Below, piece by piece: positions 1 through 9,138 of a stretch of DNA of 24,000 bases (position 1 is its first letter; each line of letters begins with the position of its first letter). The notes under the pieces are model-generated. The model was not told the DNA's origin. It ran no database searches and saw only the letters and a program-made list of their open reading frames with translations. This stretch comes from Halanaeroarchaeum sulfurireducens. Lineage in GTDB: Archaea > Halobacteriota > Halobacteria > Halobacteriales > Halobacteriaceae. The stretch covers positions 1,292,440 to 1,316,439 of the forward strand of contig NZ_CP008874.1 of assembly GCF_001011115.1 (NCBI RefSeq), given 5' to 3'. The translations under genes were made by a program, and so were the position numbers.

Positions 1-2
1 AC

Positions 3-1574
3 ATCGGGTTCAACGATATCGTGTCCCTGGGGAACGAAGCCGTCCTCGACGAGACTGATTTCATCGAATTTTGGGACGAAGACGAGGACACCGACGTCAT
101 CCTCGGGTATCTCGAGGGTATCGACAACGGCCGCGAATTCGTGGACACGGCCCGAGAGGTCACCGAGGAGACCCCCATCGTCGTCGTGAAATCGGGTCGA
201 ACCGAGGCCGGAGCGGACGCGGCCTCGTCGCACACCGGTACGATCGCCGGTTCCGAGCGTGCGTACGAAGCAGGACTCGAACAAGCGGGAGTCCTCCGTG
301 CGGAAAACGTCGAGGAACTCTTCGACTTCGCTCGCGTCCTCGCTGGACAGCCCACCCCCGAGGACGACGAGGTCGCCGTCATCACCAACGCCGGCGGCCC
401 CGGCGTGATGGCCACCGACACTATCGGTGATACCGACCTGAACATGGCGGAGTTAGAAGACGAGACGGTGGAGGAACTCAAAGAGGTCCTCCCGGAAGCA
501 GCGAACTTCTACAACCCAGTCGACGTGCTGGGCGATGCCAGCGTCGACCGGTTCGACGAAGCGATCGACATCGTCCTCCAGGACGAGAACGTCTCCAGCG
601 CCGTCGTCATCTCCTGCCCGACGGCGGTCGTCGACTTCGAAGACCTCGCCGAAACGATCTCCTCGCTTCAGGACAAACACGGCGAGCCGGTGGTCGCCAG
701 CCTCATGGGCGGCGAACGTGCCGACGTTCCCGAGCAGACACTCCGCGAACAGGGGATTCCGACGTATTTCGACCCGGCCCGTGCAGTCGAGAGCCTCGAG
801 AGCCTGCGCACCTATCGCGACATCACCGAACTCGAGTACGAGTCACCGACCGAGTTCGACGTCGACCGCGAGCGTGCCGAGGAGATCCTGCGCTCCGTCG
901 AGGACAGGGACTCCGACAGTCTGGGTGTCGAAGCGATGGACCTTCTCGACGCATACGGCATCCCGACGCCGGACAGCGCCATCGTCAACGATCCGGGGGC
1001 GGCCCGGGACGCAGCCGAAGACATCGAAGGCGACGTCGTGATGAAGATTGTCAGCCCGGATATCCTCCACAAGTCCGATATCGGCGGCGTGAAGGTTGGC
1101 GTCTCCGAAGCGGACGTCGAGGAAACCTACGAGGAACTCCTCTCCGTGGCTCACGATCACGACGCCAATGCGGACATCCTCGGGGTCCAGGTGCAGGAAA
1201 TGGTGGACATGGATAGCGGAACCGAGACCATCGTCGGAATGAACCGAGACCCGCAGTTCGGTCCGATGATGCTCTTCGGGCTCGGCGGCATCTTCGTGGA
1301 GGTCCTCGAGGACACGACCGTCAAGGTGGCGCCTGTCAGCGAACGGGAGGCCGAAAACATGATCGACGAGATCGAGTCCTCGCCGCTCCTCCGCGGGGCA
1401 CGCGGTCGCGACCCGGTCGACGAAAGTTCGGTCGTTGAAAGTATCCAGCGACTCTCCCAGCTCGTGACCGATTTCCCCGCCATCTCCGAAATCGACGTCA
1501 ACCCCCTCCTCGCCAGCCCCGATGGAGTGACGGCTGCCGACATCCGACTCACTGTCGACCAGGATCGCCTCTAA
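3..1574 (+). CDS. acd: ADP-forming acetyl-CoA synthetase (acetate--CoA ligase), fused alpha/beta type. It is 5'-truncated by the window edge.
   Basis: The reading frame is open from the window start. It has a CoA-ligase/succinyl-CoA-synthetase-like segment with a phosphohistidine-type motif (SSHTGTIAGS). This is followed by an ATP-grasp segment (VVMKIVSPDILHKSDIGGVKVG ... GGIFVEVLEDT). Composition is acidic and halophile-like. The GTG at 21 in the ORF track is not the true start. Confidence 0.8.
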   Translation: MGFNDIVSLGNEAVLDETDFIEFWDEDEDTDVILGYLEGIDNGREFVDTAREVTEETPIVVVKSGRTEAGADAASSHTGTIAGSERAYEAGLEQAGVLRAENVEELFDFARVLAGQPTPEDDEVAVITNAGGPGVMATDTIGDTDLNMAELEDETVEELKEVLPEAANFYNPVDVLGDASVDRFDEAIDIVLQDENVSSAVVISCPTAVVDFEDLAETISSLQDKHGEPVVASLMGGERADVPEQTLREQGIPTYFDPARAVESLESLRTYRDITELEYESPTEFDVDRERAEEILRSVEDRDSDSLGVEAMDLLDAYGIPTPDSAIVNDPGAARDAAEDIEGDVVMKIVSPDILHKSDIGGVKVGVSEADVEETYEELLSVAHDHDANADILGVQVQEMVDMDSGTETIVGMNRDPQFGPMMLFGLGGIFVEVLEDTTVKVAPVSEREAENMIDEIESSPLLRGARGRDPVDESSVVESIQRLSQLVTDFPAISEIDVNPLLASPDGVTAADIRLTVDQDRL

Positions 1575-1602
1575 GGAGGCCAATCGACACCCTGCCGATC
1601 GA

Positions 1603-2001
1603 CTACACGAGGGACGTGGGTTCGACCCACACCACGAACCGGTCGTCACGCCGGATGACACCTCGCGTGCTCTCCGAGGCCGTCGAGGTGTCGACGTCCG
1701 ATTCTTCGACGTCGAGAACCTGATGAACGTCGTCAATGAGTAGCCCCGTGGCATCGAACTCCGAGAGGACGACGATTCGACGACCGTCCGTATCTTCGTC
1801 CAGGTCGAGAGTGACCGTCGGATCCACGATCGTCGTCGTTTCGCCCCGCAAATCCACGACACCGACGGTCTGAGGATCCGCGTTCGGAACGGAGGTGATG
1901 TCTTCGGTCGCGTCGACGATTTCGTCGACGTGCGCGATGTCGATACAATACCGCCCGTCTCCAAGCGAGAATTCGAGGACGTTGGTCGTCTCGCCCGACA
2001 T
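1603..2001 (-). CDS. cheW: CheW-like chemotaxis coupling protein (single CheW domain, 132 aa)
   Basis: ATG at 2001. The whole protein is one CheW-like domain (EFSLGDGRYCIDIAHVDEIV...VGVVDLRGETTTIVDP). It is convergent with acd, with a 28-nt gap. It lies away from the main che operon, like cheW2 next to the fla genes in H. salinarum. Confidence 0.85.
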   Translation of the reverse strand: MSGETTNVLEFSLGDGRYCIDIAHVDEIVDATEDITSVPNADPQTVGVVDLRGETTTIVDPTVTLDLDEDTDGRRIVVLSEFDATGLLIDDVHQVLDVEESDVDTSTASESTRGVIRRDDRFVVWVEPTSLV

Positions 2002-2155
2002 ACTCAGGGCTCACCGCCGACCTGAATAAGCGTTTGGTTGTTCGACCAGAACTCGTGTTGGTTAATCGATAGTATTTCCTCTGTGGCCCTCTCATGTCCC
2101 GTTCATTTGACAGACAGCGATACTCTTTTTCACACGGGGGTCATGGGATACATTG

Positions 2156-2497
2156 ATGGATCCGGTGGCGGTACTGCGCGTTCTCGGCAACAAGTACAAC
2201 CCCGAGATACTTCGGGCGACGCACACTCCGAAATCCGCCCAGGAACTATCAGATGAACTTGATATTCCCATCGCCACCTCGTACCGCCGCATCGAGGAGT
2301 TACGGGAAAACGAGCTGCTCGCCCTCGAGGGCAAAGAGCTGTCGGATGAGGGACGGCGAACGAAGGTCTACCGCCGACAGATCGACGAAATTAGCGTTCA
2401 GTTCGGGACCACGACAGTCGAGATCGATTTCAAAGAGCGGACGGAGGCAAAGAACAACCTCGTCGACGTGTGGTCCGACCTCCGGTCCGAGGGCTAA
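2156..2497 (+). CDS. Winged-helix (ArsR-like) transcriptional regulator
   Basis: The HTH segment SAQELSDELDIPIATSYRRIEELRENELL is followed by a wing (RRTKVYRR). The ORF-track start at 2153 is TTG. The adjacent ATG at 2156 is the more likely start. Confidence 0.7.
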   Translation: MDPVAVLRVLGNKYNPEILRATHTPKSAQELSDELDIPIATSYRRIEELRENELLALEGKELSDEGRRTKVYRRQIDEISVQFGTTTVEIDFKERTEAKNNLVDVWSDLRSEG

Positions 2498-2564
2498 TTA
2501 TCCGAGATTATAATCGGGAGCGTACCTTTATCAATGATTCTGCAGCCAGGGTACAGTAGAGCCA

Positions 2565-2846
2565 ATGGCACCCATCGAGATATTGTATACGATCTTCAGT
2601 CTAACTCTTACAGTGACTGGGCTCTCGATGGTCGGGCTGGCCCTTCGCGCGTACGTCGACACGGCACGTGATTCGATGTTACAGCTCTCGATCGGGTTCG
2701 CCCTCGTCGTCGCGGCCGCTGTAGGAACGACGATAAGCGCGTTTCTCACCGATTTTGCCGGTGCAAGATCACTGTTGACAGTGAACTACGTGTTCACGAC
2801 GATCGGCTATCTCTTCGTGATGTACAGCATCATCTCCCGACGCTGA
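2565..2846 (+). CDS. Small integral membrane protein (about 3 TM helices, 93 aa), function unknown
   Basis: ATG at 2565. There are three hydrophobic stretches (ILYTIFSLTLTVTGLSMVGLAL; LSIGFALVVAAAVGTTISAFL; VNYVFTTIGYLFVMYSII). It sits 67 nt downstream of the ArsR-like gene on the same strand. Confidence 0.55.
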   Translation: MAPIEILYTIFSLTLTVTGLSMVGLALRAYVDTARDSMLQLSIGFALVVAAAVGTTISAFLTDFAGARSLLTVNYVFTTIGYLFVMYSIISRR

Positions 2847-2847
2847 A

Positions 2848-3783
2848 TCATGAAAAACGGGACCGCACCCGATCGAGCAGTTGTACCCGCTCTTCGGTCG
2901 CTGCCTCGCTTTCGTCGAGGCCTGCCTCCCGAATGAGTTCCGCGAGCGGGACGTCAACGACCGGGTCGTCTGGATCGGATTCCGCGGTTTCGTCTCCGGT
3001 ATCCGGATCGACCCACACGAACTCGTCCTCGTCATCCGGAGAAAACAAGGCGTCCAGATCGAGGAGATCGGCGAGCGATCGAGCTAGCCGGTCGTAGGCC
3101 TGGGAAGCGGGCGCGTCGGGAGCATCCATGACGACCGGAATTCCCTTGCGGATACTCCGGTGGACCGATCGATCGTACGGCACGCTCACCGTCACCGCGT
3201 CCGTCGTCCCCAGTGCAGTCGCGATTCCCTCGACGTCCTCGAATGAGCCGTCGCCCGTCCTGGTGAACACGGCACCGACGACGGGGACATCGAGCCGCTC
3301 GACGAGTTCCCCGGTCTTCGCGGCGTCGGTCAGCGACGATAACTCGGCCGTCGTCACCAGGAGGACCGCGTCGGCGACCTGGAGAGAGACCCCGACCTCG
3401 TGACTGAGGCCGGCGCCAGCGTCGAGGATCACCACGTCGAAACGCGCGCGAAGATCCTCGACGATGTCTTCGAGGATATCCGTATCGAGGCCGGTGAAGC
3501 TATCCAGATCCGTCGAGCCCGGAACGATGGTCAATCCGCCGCCACGATGGCAGGCGTCCTCGAGGGTTGCTTCCGATGCCAACACGTCGTGGATCGTCGC
3601 GTCGGGAGTCGTGAGCCCGACGAACGCGCCGAGGTTCGCCATTCCCAGATCGGCGTCGACGATGGCGACTTCGAGGTCCGCTTCCGCGAACGCCGCCCCC
3701 AGGTTCACAGCTGTCGTCGTCTTCCCCACGCCACCCTTCCCGGAGGCGATCGCGAGGGCGAACCCATCCGAGCCATCGTCCAT
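2848..3783 (-). CDS. MinD/ParA-family P-loop ATPase with an acidic C-terminal extension
   Basis: It has a deviant Walker A (ASGKGGVGKTT), DADLGMANL, and a Walker B-like VILDAGAG. The ORF-track start at 3807 is TTG. I prefer the ATG at 3783 (MDDGSDGFALAIASGKGG), which has GGAGGT 12 nt upstream. It lies 43 nt downstream of the arlJ stop on the same strand. Confidence 0.8.
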   Translation of the reverse strand: MDDGSDGFALAIASGKGGVGKTTTAVNLGAAFAEADLEVAIVDADLGMANLGAFVGLTTPDATIHDVLASEATLEDACHRGGGLTIVPGSTDLDSFTGLDTDILEDIVEDLRARFDVVILDAGAGLSHEVGVSLQVADAVLLVTTAELSSLTDAAKTGELVERLDVPVVGAVFTRTGDGSFEDVEGIATALGTTDAVTVSVPYDRSVHRSIRKGIPVVMDAPDAPASQAYDRLARSLADLLDLDALFSPDDEDEFVWVDPDTGDETAESDPDDPVVDVPLAELIREAGLDESEAATEERVQLLDRVRSRFS

Positions 3784-3826
3784 TAGTCGAATCGTACCTC
3801 CTTCCAATACATAAGTGTGGCTTCCC

Positions 3827-5566
3827 TCATACGGCGAGCAGCATGCCCACCAGTTCGAGCGTCATCGATCCGATGATGGCCGTGATCCAGGTCAAGACGA
3901 CGAAGTGCATGTACGAGTTGACCTTGTGTCCCCCATCGACGATCCTGATGATGATCGAGGAGAGCATCGCGTTGACCAGGACGGTCAGCGTGAGAAGGTA
4001 TTCGATGACGCCGATGTCATACACTTTGGTATTGATGAGTGTCCCTGGATCGAACGATGCCGACGTCTCCAGGCCCATCGTCATCCCCGAGAGTACTTGA
4101 ACGATCCCCAGTCCGATGAAAAAGGCAAATGTCGCTGCAGCGGAGATACCATAGACGACGCCGATGAGGGTGGTAGCTGCCTGGTCCCTTCGTTCTCGCA
4201 ACTGGAGGACTTCGCTCATGTTATGACTGATGAGTTCGCCGAGATGTTTCGGGTCGCCCCCCATCTCGCGACCGATAAGATACATCTCGGAGAATTTCTG
4301 GATGAGATACGAGTGTGCCTCCGCGGTGAAAAACCGCCAGGCTTCGGTGCCCGAGAGGCGAATATTTAGCCGCTTGTAGAGGTCGTCGATGTTCTGGGTC
4401 AGTGCGCCGAAGTCCTTGTTGCGGAGTCTGGCGAGAACCCGCGTCGTCGTCGTCTGCTGGGCCGTCTCGCTGGATCCCAGTGCTCGAATGAAGCTCACGA
4501 ACTCGTCGTCCCGGTCTTTGACGTTGGCCTCTTCACCCCGGGCGACGATTCCCGGAATGAGCAAGGGCGTCGTCGGGAATGCCGCGTACAGCGGCAACGG
4601 AACGGACTGTGGATCGATACCGGTCATGCCCACCATAACGGCGATTGTCACGACGATGGCTACGATAGCGAGGGCGAATCCCGCTGCCGTGGCGATCTGC
4701 AACTTCCGCTCGACGGTAGTCGTGTATCCGTGGGGGAAATACCAAATTGGGTCGGACGGAGCGACGGTGTAGATGGCGTACAGGAAACCCAATTGGATGA
4801 ACGTATACATAGCGACGACCGCCGCGACAGTCGCGCTCGGGTTGGTTCCGGAGAGGATCGGCAATACGGTCGCGAAAACCAGCGCGAACGTGACTGAAAG
4901 AATCATCGACATGTAGAGGTCCTTCATGACCTCCAGGTTCTCGAGTTGGCCCTCGTAGATAGTCGAGTAATGCCTGATGATGGCCTCCTGTTCGCTCACG
5001 AGGTAGTTCGAGAGGCTCTCTCCGGCATTGATGGTGTAGGCCAGACGATCGAAGAAATCCGACACCGAGTCGCTTGGCACTTTCTTCGCTCGCATCCGAC
5101 ACGCGTCGTCGAGGCTCTGATTCCACGTGTCGACGAGCTGGACGATGCGACGCGTCTCCTCGGATAGCGGCCCGTACTCCTCCTCGTTCGCGATGCGCCG
5201 AAACACCTCCACGCGATCGATATTGGTCGTCGACAGGACGGTCATGTGCGTGACATAGAGGTGAAAGACTTCCCCCATGCGCTTTCGACGCTGGTCTTGC
5301 TGGAGTTTCGGATAGATGACTGCAGTGACGAAAATCAACAACCCCAAAAGCGGCATCGGGAGCCGGGCGATTATCGGCAGCTCGAGGATAAACACGGCGA
5401 TCAGAGAGAGGGCAAAAACGATCACCGAGGGGGCAAGAATGAGGAGAAAGTACCGGGAAACCGACATTTCCATCTGGAAGTACGCGTCGCGGATCGACGC
5501 GACTGTCGTCGAGAAATCCAGGCTTCCGGAGGAGTCCTGTGATGATGCGTCCGATTCCGTCGCCAT
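3827..5566 (-). CDS. arlJ: Archaellum polytopic membrane platform protein ArlJ (FlaJ)
   Basis: It has many TM helices and a duplicated T2SS-F-like architecture, and it sits immediately after arlI. I prefer the ATG at 5566 (MATESDASS...), 1 nt after the arlI stop (5568-5570). The longer ORF-track start at 5614 would overlap arlI. Confidence 0.9.
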   Translation of the reverse strand: MATESDASSQDSSGSLDFSTTVASIRDAYFQMEMSVSRYFLLILAPSVIVFALSLIAVFILELPIIARLPMPLLGLLIFVTAVIYPKLQQDQRRKRMGEVFHLYVTHMTVLSTTNIDRVEVFRRIANEEEYGPLSEETRRIVQLVDTWNQSLDDACRMRAKKVPSDSVSDFFDRLAYTINAGESLSNYLVSEQEAIIRHYSTIYEGQLENLEVMKDLYMSMILSVTFALVFATVLPILSGTNPSATVAAVVAMYTFIQLGFLYAIYTVAPSDPIWYFPHGYTTTVERKLQIATAAGFALAIVAIVVTIAVMVGMTGIDPQSVPLPLYAAFPTTPLLIPGIVARGEEANVKDRDDEFVSFIRALGSSETAQQTTTTRVLARLRNKDFGALTQNIDDLYKRLNIRLSGTEAWRFFTAEAHSYLIQKFSEMYLIGREMGGDPKHLGELISHNMSEVLQLRERRDQAATTLIGVVYGISAAATFAFFIGLGIVQVLSGMTMGLETSASFDPGTLINTKVYDIGVIEYLLTLTVLVNAMLSSIIIRIVDGGHKVNSYMHFVVLTWITAIIGSMTLELVGMLLAV

Positions 5567-5567
5567 A

Positions 5568-7454
5568 TCAGAGGTCCCGACGAGCCATGGTAAAGGGGAG
5601 GCCCTCGACACCATCGCGCTGGAACGAGGCGATAGTGTCGTTGAAATCGTGGTAGGAGATGAGGTCCTCCTGAATGATGCGCTCGATGATCTCGGTCCGG
5701 AAGTCCATCTCGTCGTAGATCTCCCTGGTATCCTCGTAGCCGAGCAACGTGGCGATTTGCTCCTCGAGGACGTAGGAGTTGTTGCGACCCTGGAAAACGA
5801 TCTCGTCCTCGACCGGGTCCCAGTAGAAGGCCTGGCGCGTGACGACCCCGCCCATCTCCTTGGAGAAGCCCTCGATCTCCTGAACGCTGGTCACCCGTCG
5901 AAGGACGTCGTCACCCTGTTTCACTCGATTCTGGAAGAGCGCCACGTCGGCGTTGTCCATGAACGTCTCGGGGACGTTAATGGGGTCGCCGGTGAACCGC
6001 TGAATCATCGATACGATATCGCTTGCGTGGAAGGTCAGCATGACGGGGTGGCCCGTCTGGGCAGCCTGGAAGGCCATCCGTCCCTCCTCGCCACGGACCT
6101 CACCCACGATGATGTAGTCTGGCCGCGAACGCAGGGCCGCTGCGACCAGGTCGAACATGTCCACGTCGGCACTGTTCTCACCCTGACCCTCACGCGTGAG
6201 CAACTGTTGCCATGTGTCGTGTGGGGGGAGGACCTCGGAGGTGTCCTCGGCTGTGTAGATCTTCGAGTCGCGGGGAATGAACGCCATGATCGAGTTGAGC
6301 GTGGTCGTCTTCCCCGAGGCCGTCTCGCCCACCACGAACACCGTTTGCTCGTTCTCGAGACAGAGCCAGAGGTACGCCGCCAGTTCGGGCGAGAGAGTTC
6401 CCCACTTCGTAATCTGGCCGACGGAGAGCGGAACCTCGTCCCCCTGGCGGATCGTGAGCGACGGCCCTTTGAGACTGACGTCGTCGGAGTAGATGATATT
6501 GATACGCGACCCGTCCGGCAGGGTCGAGTCGATGATCGGATCCGAGTCCGAGACCGGGTCACCCATCCGCTCGCCGATGTTCCGGAGCCAGTTATCGAAC
6601 TCCTCGGGCTCGCCGAAGTCCACGGTGGTTTTGATGAGACCGTACGTACCGTGATCCACGTACGTTTCGTGGGGGCCGATGACGTGGATGTCTTCGTTGT
6701 ACGTGTCACGCATCACCGGTTCCAGCGGCCCAAGACCGACGATGTCCCGATTGAGACGGTACCGGATCGTGTTATAGGTCGTATCGGAGACGGGAATCCG
6801 GCCGTACCCGAGGGTTTCCTCGACGGCCTGCTGGATGACGGGCAGTTTCGCCTGCATCGCGTTGACCGCCCGTTTCGGCCGACCGGCCATCGATCGAGCG
6901 CCGTCGATGATCCCGCCTGATGAGATATCAGTGGAGTCCATCGACAACTGCCCGCGCGAGTTCCCGCCGAGTTCGGCCGCGACGTCCTCGACACCAAGAT
7001 TGCGAATCGTCTCCACATCCAGATTGCGCAGTCGACCGAGAAGGTTGCCCCCGGCGTCCTCGTCGGCGATCATGACGGTGTCCTCAAGGAGTTCCTCGAT
7101 GCGGTCGTCGTACTCCGACTCCGCCGCCGGGGCCGGGCGCTTGACGGACTTCTCGAGAATTCGGGTACGAACGTCGTCGAAGACCGCCTCCTCTGGGCCC
7201 GAGAGTTCGGGTTCGATGGTGTAATACTTCGTGTCCTTTCCGACGTCGCCGTAGACGTGACAGAAGATCGGACCACCGACGTTGTAGACGACGTTGGGCT
7301 TATCGGCCTCCCACTCTCCCGACGGCTCGTCGACGAACTCCGGAAACTCACCGGTAAACTGCTTAAACCGCTGGAGGTACTCCCGGAGGTGCGGATGCCG
7401 ACTCGCGGCCTCGCGGAGTTCGTGTCCGAGTTCTCGGGTTCCGTGGTCTGCCAT
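5568..7454 (-). CDS. arlI: Archaellum assembly/motor ATPase ArlI (FlaI), secretion-ATPase superfamily
   Basis: Walker A is GETASGKTTTLN and Walker B is PDYIIVGEVRGEE. A TFHASD region typical of VirB11/FlaI ATPases is present. I prefer the ATG at 7454 (MADHGTRELG...). The upstream 64 codons of the ORF are R/S/G-rich and overlap arlH. Confidence 0.93.
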   Translation of the reverse strand: MADHGTRELGHELREAASRHPHLREYLQRFKQFTGEFPEFVDEPSGEWEADKPNVVYNVGGPIFCHVYGDVGKDTKYYTIEPELSGPEEAVFDDVRTRILEKSVKRPAPAAESEYDDRIEELLEDTVMIADEDAGGNLLGRLRNLDVETIRNLGVEDVAAELGGNSRGQLSMDSTDISSGGIIDGARSMAGRPKRAVNAMQAKLPVIQQAVEETLGYGRIPVSDTTYNTIRYRLNRDIVGLGPLEPVMRDTYNEDIHVIGPHETYVDHGTYGLIKTTVDFGEPEEFDNWLRNIGERMGDPVSDSDPIIDSTLPDGSRINIIYSDDVSLKGPSLTIRQGDEVPLSVGQITKWGTLSPELAAYLWLCLENEQTVFVVGETASGKTTTLNSIMAFIPRDSKIYTAEDTSEVLPPHDTWQQLLTREGQGENSADVDMFDLVAAALRSRPDYIIVGEVRGEEGRMAFQAAQTGHPVMLTFHASDIVSMIQRFTGDPINVPETFMDNADVALFQNRVKQGDDVLRRVTSVQEIEGFSKEMGGVVTRQAFYWDPVEDEIVFQGRNNSYVLEEQIATLLGYEDTREIYDEMDFRTEIIERIIQEDLISYHDFNDTIASFQRDGVEGLPFTMARRDL

Positions 7455-7461
7455 GATTAGC

Positions 7462-8226
7462 TCACGCGACGCTCCGACTTTCGATGACGATGCCCGTTCC
7501 CGACCGGACGGAGAACCCGACCGAGTCGCCAACCTGTTCGCCCATCCCGGCGAACCGACGGACCTGTATCGATCGCCGGACGTCGTTGCCCACCTCGGCC
7601 ATCTGAAGTTCGAGGAAGACGTCGGCGATGGACCGGAACGGTCCAATCGCCTCCTCGTCGACGGTCGAGGGATCGACGGTCAAGACGATGACCTTGCCCT
7701 GCGTGACGATATCCCTGAAAAAGGAGATTATCTCCAGGGCTGCCTGCCGCTCTTCGTTCTGGCGGACGAGCGCCTCGAAGTTGGGGTCGTTGCGGAGGAT
7801 GGCGTCGAAGGTGTCGATGATGATGACGTCGGCGTCCCACATGGCCTCGGCCTCCATGAGGCGTTTGAGCAACTTCCGACGGTCGGTCTCATCCTCGGCT
7901 CCGCCTCGTAGCGTGTTGCCGCCGGTGTCCACGTCGGCGTGCAAGAAGAGCAATCGCTCGTCCAGTAGATGTTCTTCCACGCCGTAATCCAGGGAGTACA
8001 TCTGGTCGATAAATCCACGCACCGTCAACTCGGTTGATAGCAAGGTCACCGAGACGTCCTGATCACAGAGACCGTACGAAAACCGCTGGCTCAGCGCACT
8101 CTTTCCGGCCCCATAGTCCCCCTCGATGAGGACGATACTGCCCTGTGGGATCCCACCACCGAGCTCTTTGTTGAGTCGATCGCGCTCGTCCAGACCCAGC
8201 GGGAAGAGGTTCTGTCGTGAACTCAT
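7462..8226 (-). CDS. arlH: Archaellum RecA/KaiC-like ATP-binding protein ArlH (FlaH)
   Basis: It has [21 protein letters not shown] (Walker A) and [10 protein letters not shown]. The ATG at 8226 overlaps the arlG stop as ATGA (8223-8226). The ORF-track N-terminal 38 aa are R-rich and non-halophilic. Confidence 0.9.
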   Translation of the reverse strand: MSSRQNLFPLGLDERDRLNKELGGGIPQGSIVLIEGDYGAGKSALSQRFSYGLCDQDVSVTLLSTELTVRGFIDQMYSLDYGVEEHLLDERLLFLHADVDTGGNTLRGGAEDETDRRKLLKRLMEAEAMWDADVIIIDTFDAILRNDPNFEALVRQNEERQAALEIISFFRDIVTQGKVIVLTVDPSTVDEEAIGPFRSIADVFLELQMAEVGNDVRRSIQVRRFAGMGEQVGDSVGFSVRSGTGIVIESRSVA

Positions 8227-8672
8227 GTTCGGAACTCCATTCTCTCTTCGTCGCCGTTGACGACCACCACTGCCCGGTGGTCGCCACTTCCGAGGTCGAC
8301 GGAATTTGCCTCCACCCGGGCGACGTTGCCAGTGGCCCACGAATCGCCGTCGACGACGGTAATCGTGATGTTAGTGTGATAGTCACCGTCGATCAACACG
8401 TCGACGTTCGTGGCATCGGCTGAAAGCATCCCCGAACCGGTGTTTTTCACGAGGATCGTTACCGTATTCGTGCCACTGTCGTAGACGGCCCCACTCCCGG
8501 GATCGCTGATGATCTCGACATCCGTGCGGATCTCGTCGCTCACGTCGAGGCTGCGGTCACCGAGTGCATTGCTCAGCTGGTTCACCCCCGTCGTCATCGT
8601 CCCGGCGACACTCGCAGCGACCAGTATCGACGCGATGAACAGGATGAGCATCTCCGAGGAAACCGTCGCCAT
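8223..8672 (-). CDS. arlG: Archaellum stator/periplasmic component ArlG (FlaG)
   Basis: It has an N-terminal archaellin-like hydrophobic helix ([19 protein letters not shown]) followed by a beta-rich soluble domain. It sits between arlF and arlH. Confidence 0.8.
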   Translation of the reverse strand: MATVSSEMLILFIASILVAASVAGTMTTGVNQLSNALGDRSLDVSDEIRTDVEIISDPGSGAVYDSGTNTVTILVKNTGSGMLSADATNVDVLIDGDYHTNITITVVDGDSWATGNVARVEANSVDLGSGDHRAVVVVNGDEERMEFRT

Positions 8673-8673
8673 G

Positions 8674-9138
8674 TCAGGCCACGACCTCCGTTTCGGCCAC
8701 GCCAGTTTCAGTGACGATTTTCACCCTGGGATCGGTGCTGTTCTTGTGGATGGAGACGGAAAGCGTCTCACCTGGCAGCCAGAGATCCGTCCCGTCGCTC
8801 CCCGTGGTCAGGGTCCCGTCATCGGTCGAGACGGTCACGGTTGCAGACGACGTCACGGGATTCCCGTTCAACAGGATGTCCGTCTGCGAAACGTGGAGCG
8901 CAGTCGATCCCACGTTCTCCACCGTGAGGTTCACGTAATCGGTCGTCCCCGAGGTATCGTGTGTGGAATCAGTGACGTTTATCGCGGTGTTCTCCGTCGC
9001 AAGCGCCCGGTCTTGCTGGTCCATCGTAGCGTCATCGATGGCCTCGAACCCATTGTACGCGGACGTATACAGCATACCCACGCTGGCGAACGCCGCGATG
9101 AAGACGATTACCGTGGACGCGCTGACGCTAAATCCCAT
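8674..9138 (-). CDS. arlF: Archaellum stator component ArlF (FlaF)
   Basis: It has an N-terminal hydrophobic helix (STVIVFIAAFASVGMLYTSAY) followed by a beta-rich domain. Its stop is 1 nt before the arlG start. Its start overlaps the arlCE stop by 11 nt. Confidence 0.8.
   Translation of the reverse strand: MGFSVSASTVIVFIAAFASVGMLYTSAYNGFEAIDDATMDQQDRALATENTAINVTDSTHDTSGTTDYVNLTVENVGSTALHVSQTDILLNGNPVTSSATVTVSTDDGTLTTGSDGTDLWLPGETLSVSIHKNSTDPRVKIVTETGVAETEVVA

Noticed and set aside
843-1964. A 373-aa ORF on the - strand spanning the acd 3' end and cheW.
   Set aside because: It is antisense to acd over most of its length and out of frame with cheW. Its composition is basic and Ser/Arg-rich, unlike a halophile protein.
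5316-6920. A 534-aa ORF on the + strand.
   Set aside because: It is entirely antisense to arlI, which has unambiguous Walker A/B motifs. Its translation is Arg/Val/Gly-rich with no recognisable motif. This is a typical shadow ORF of high-GC DNA.
7455-7646. Longer N-terminal extensions offered by the ORF track for arlI (to 7646), arlH (to 8340) and arlJ (to 5614).
   Set aside because: The extensions are Arg/Gly/Ser-rich and would overlap the preceding gene substantially. Internal ATGs sit 1-7 nt from, or overlap, the upstream stop codon and begin typical conserved N-termini.
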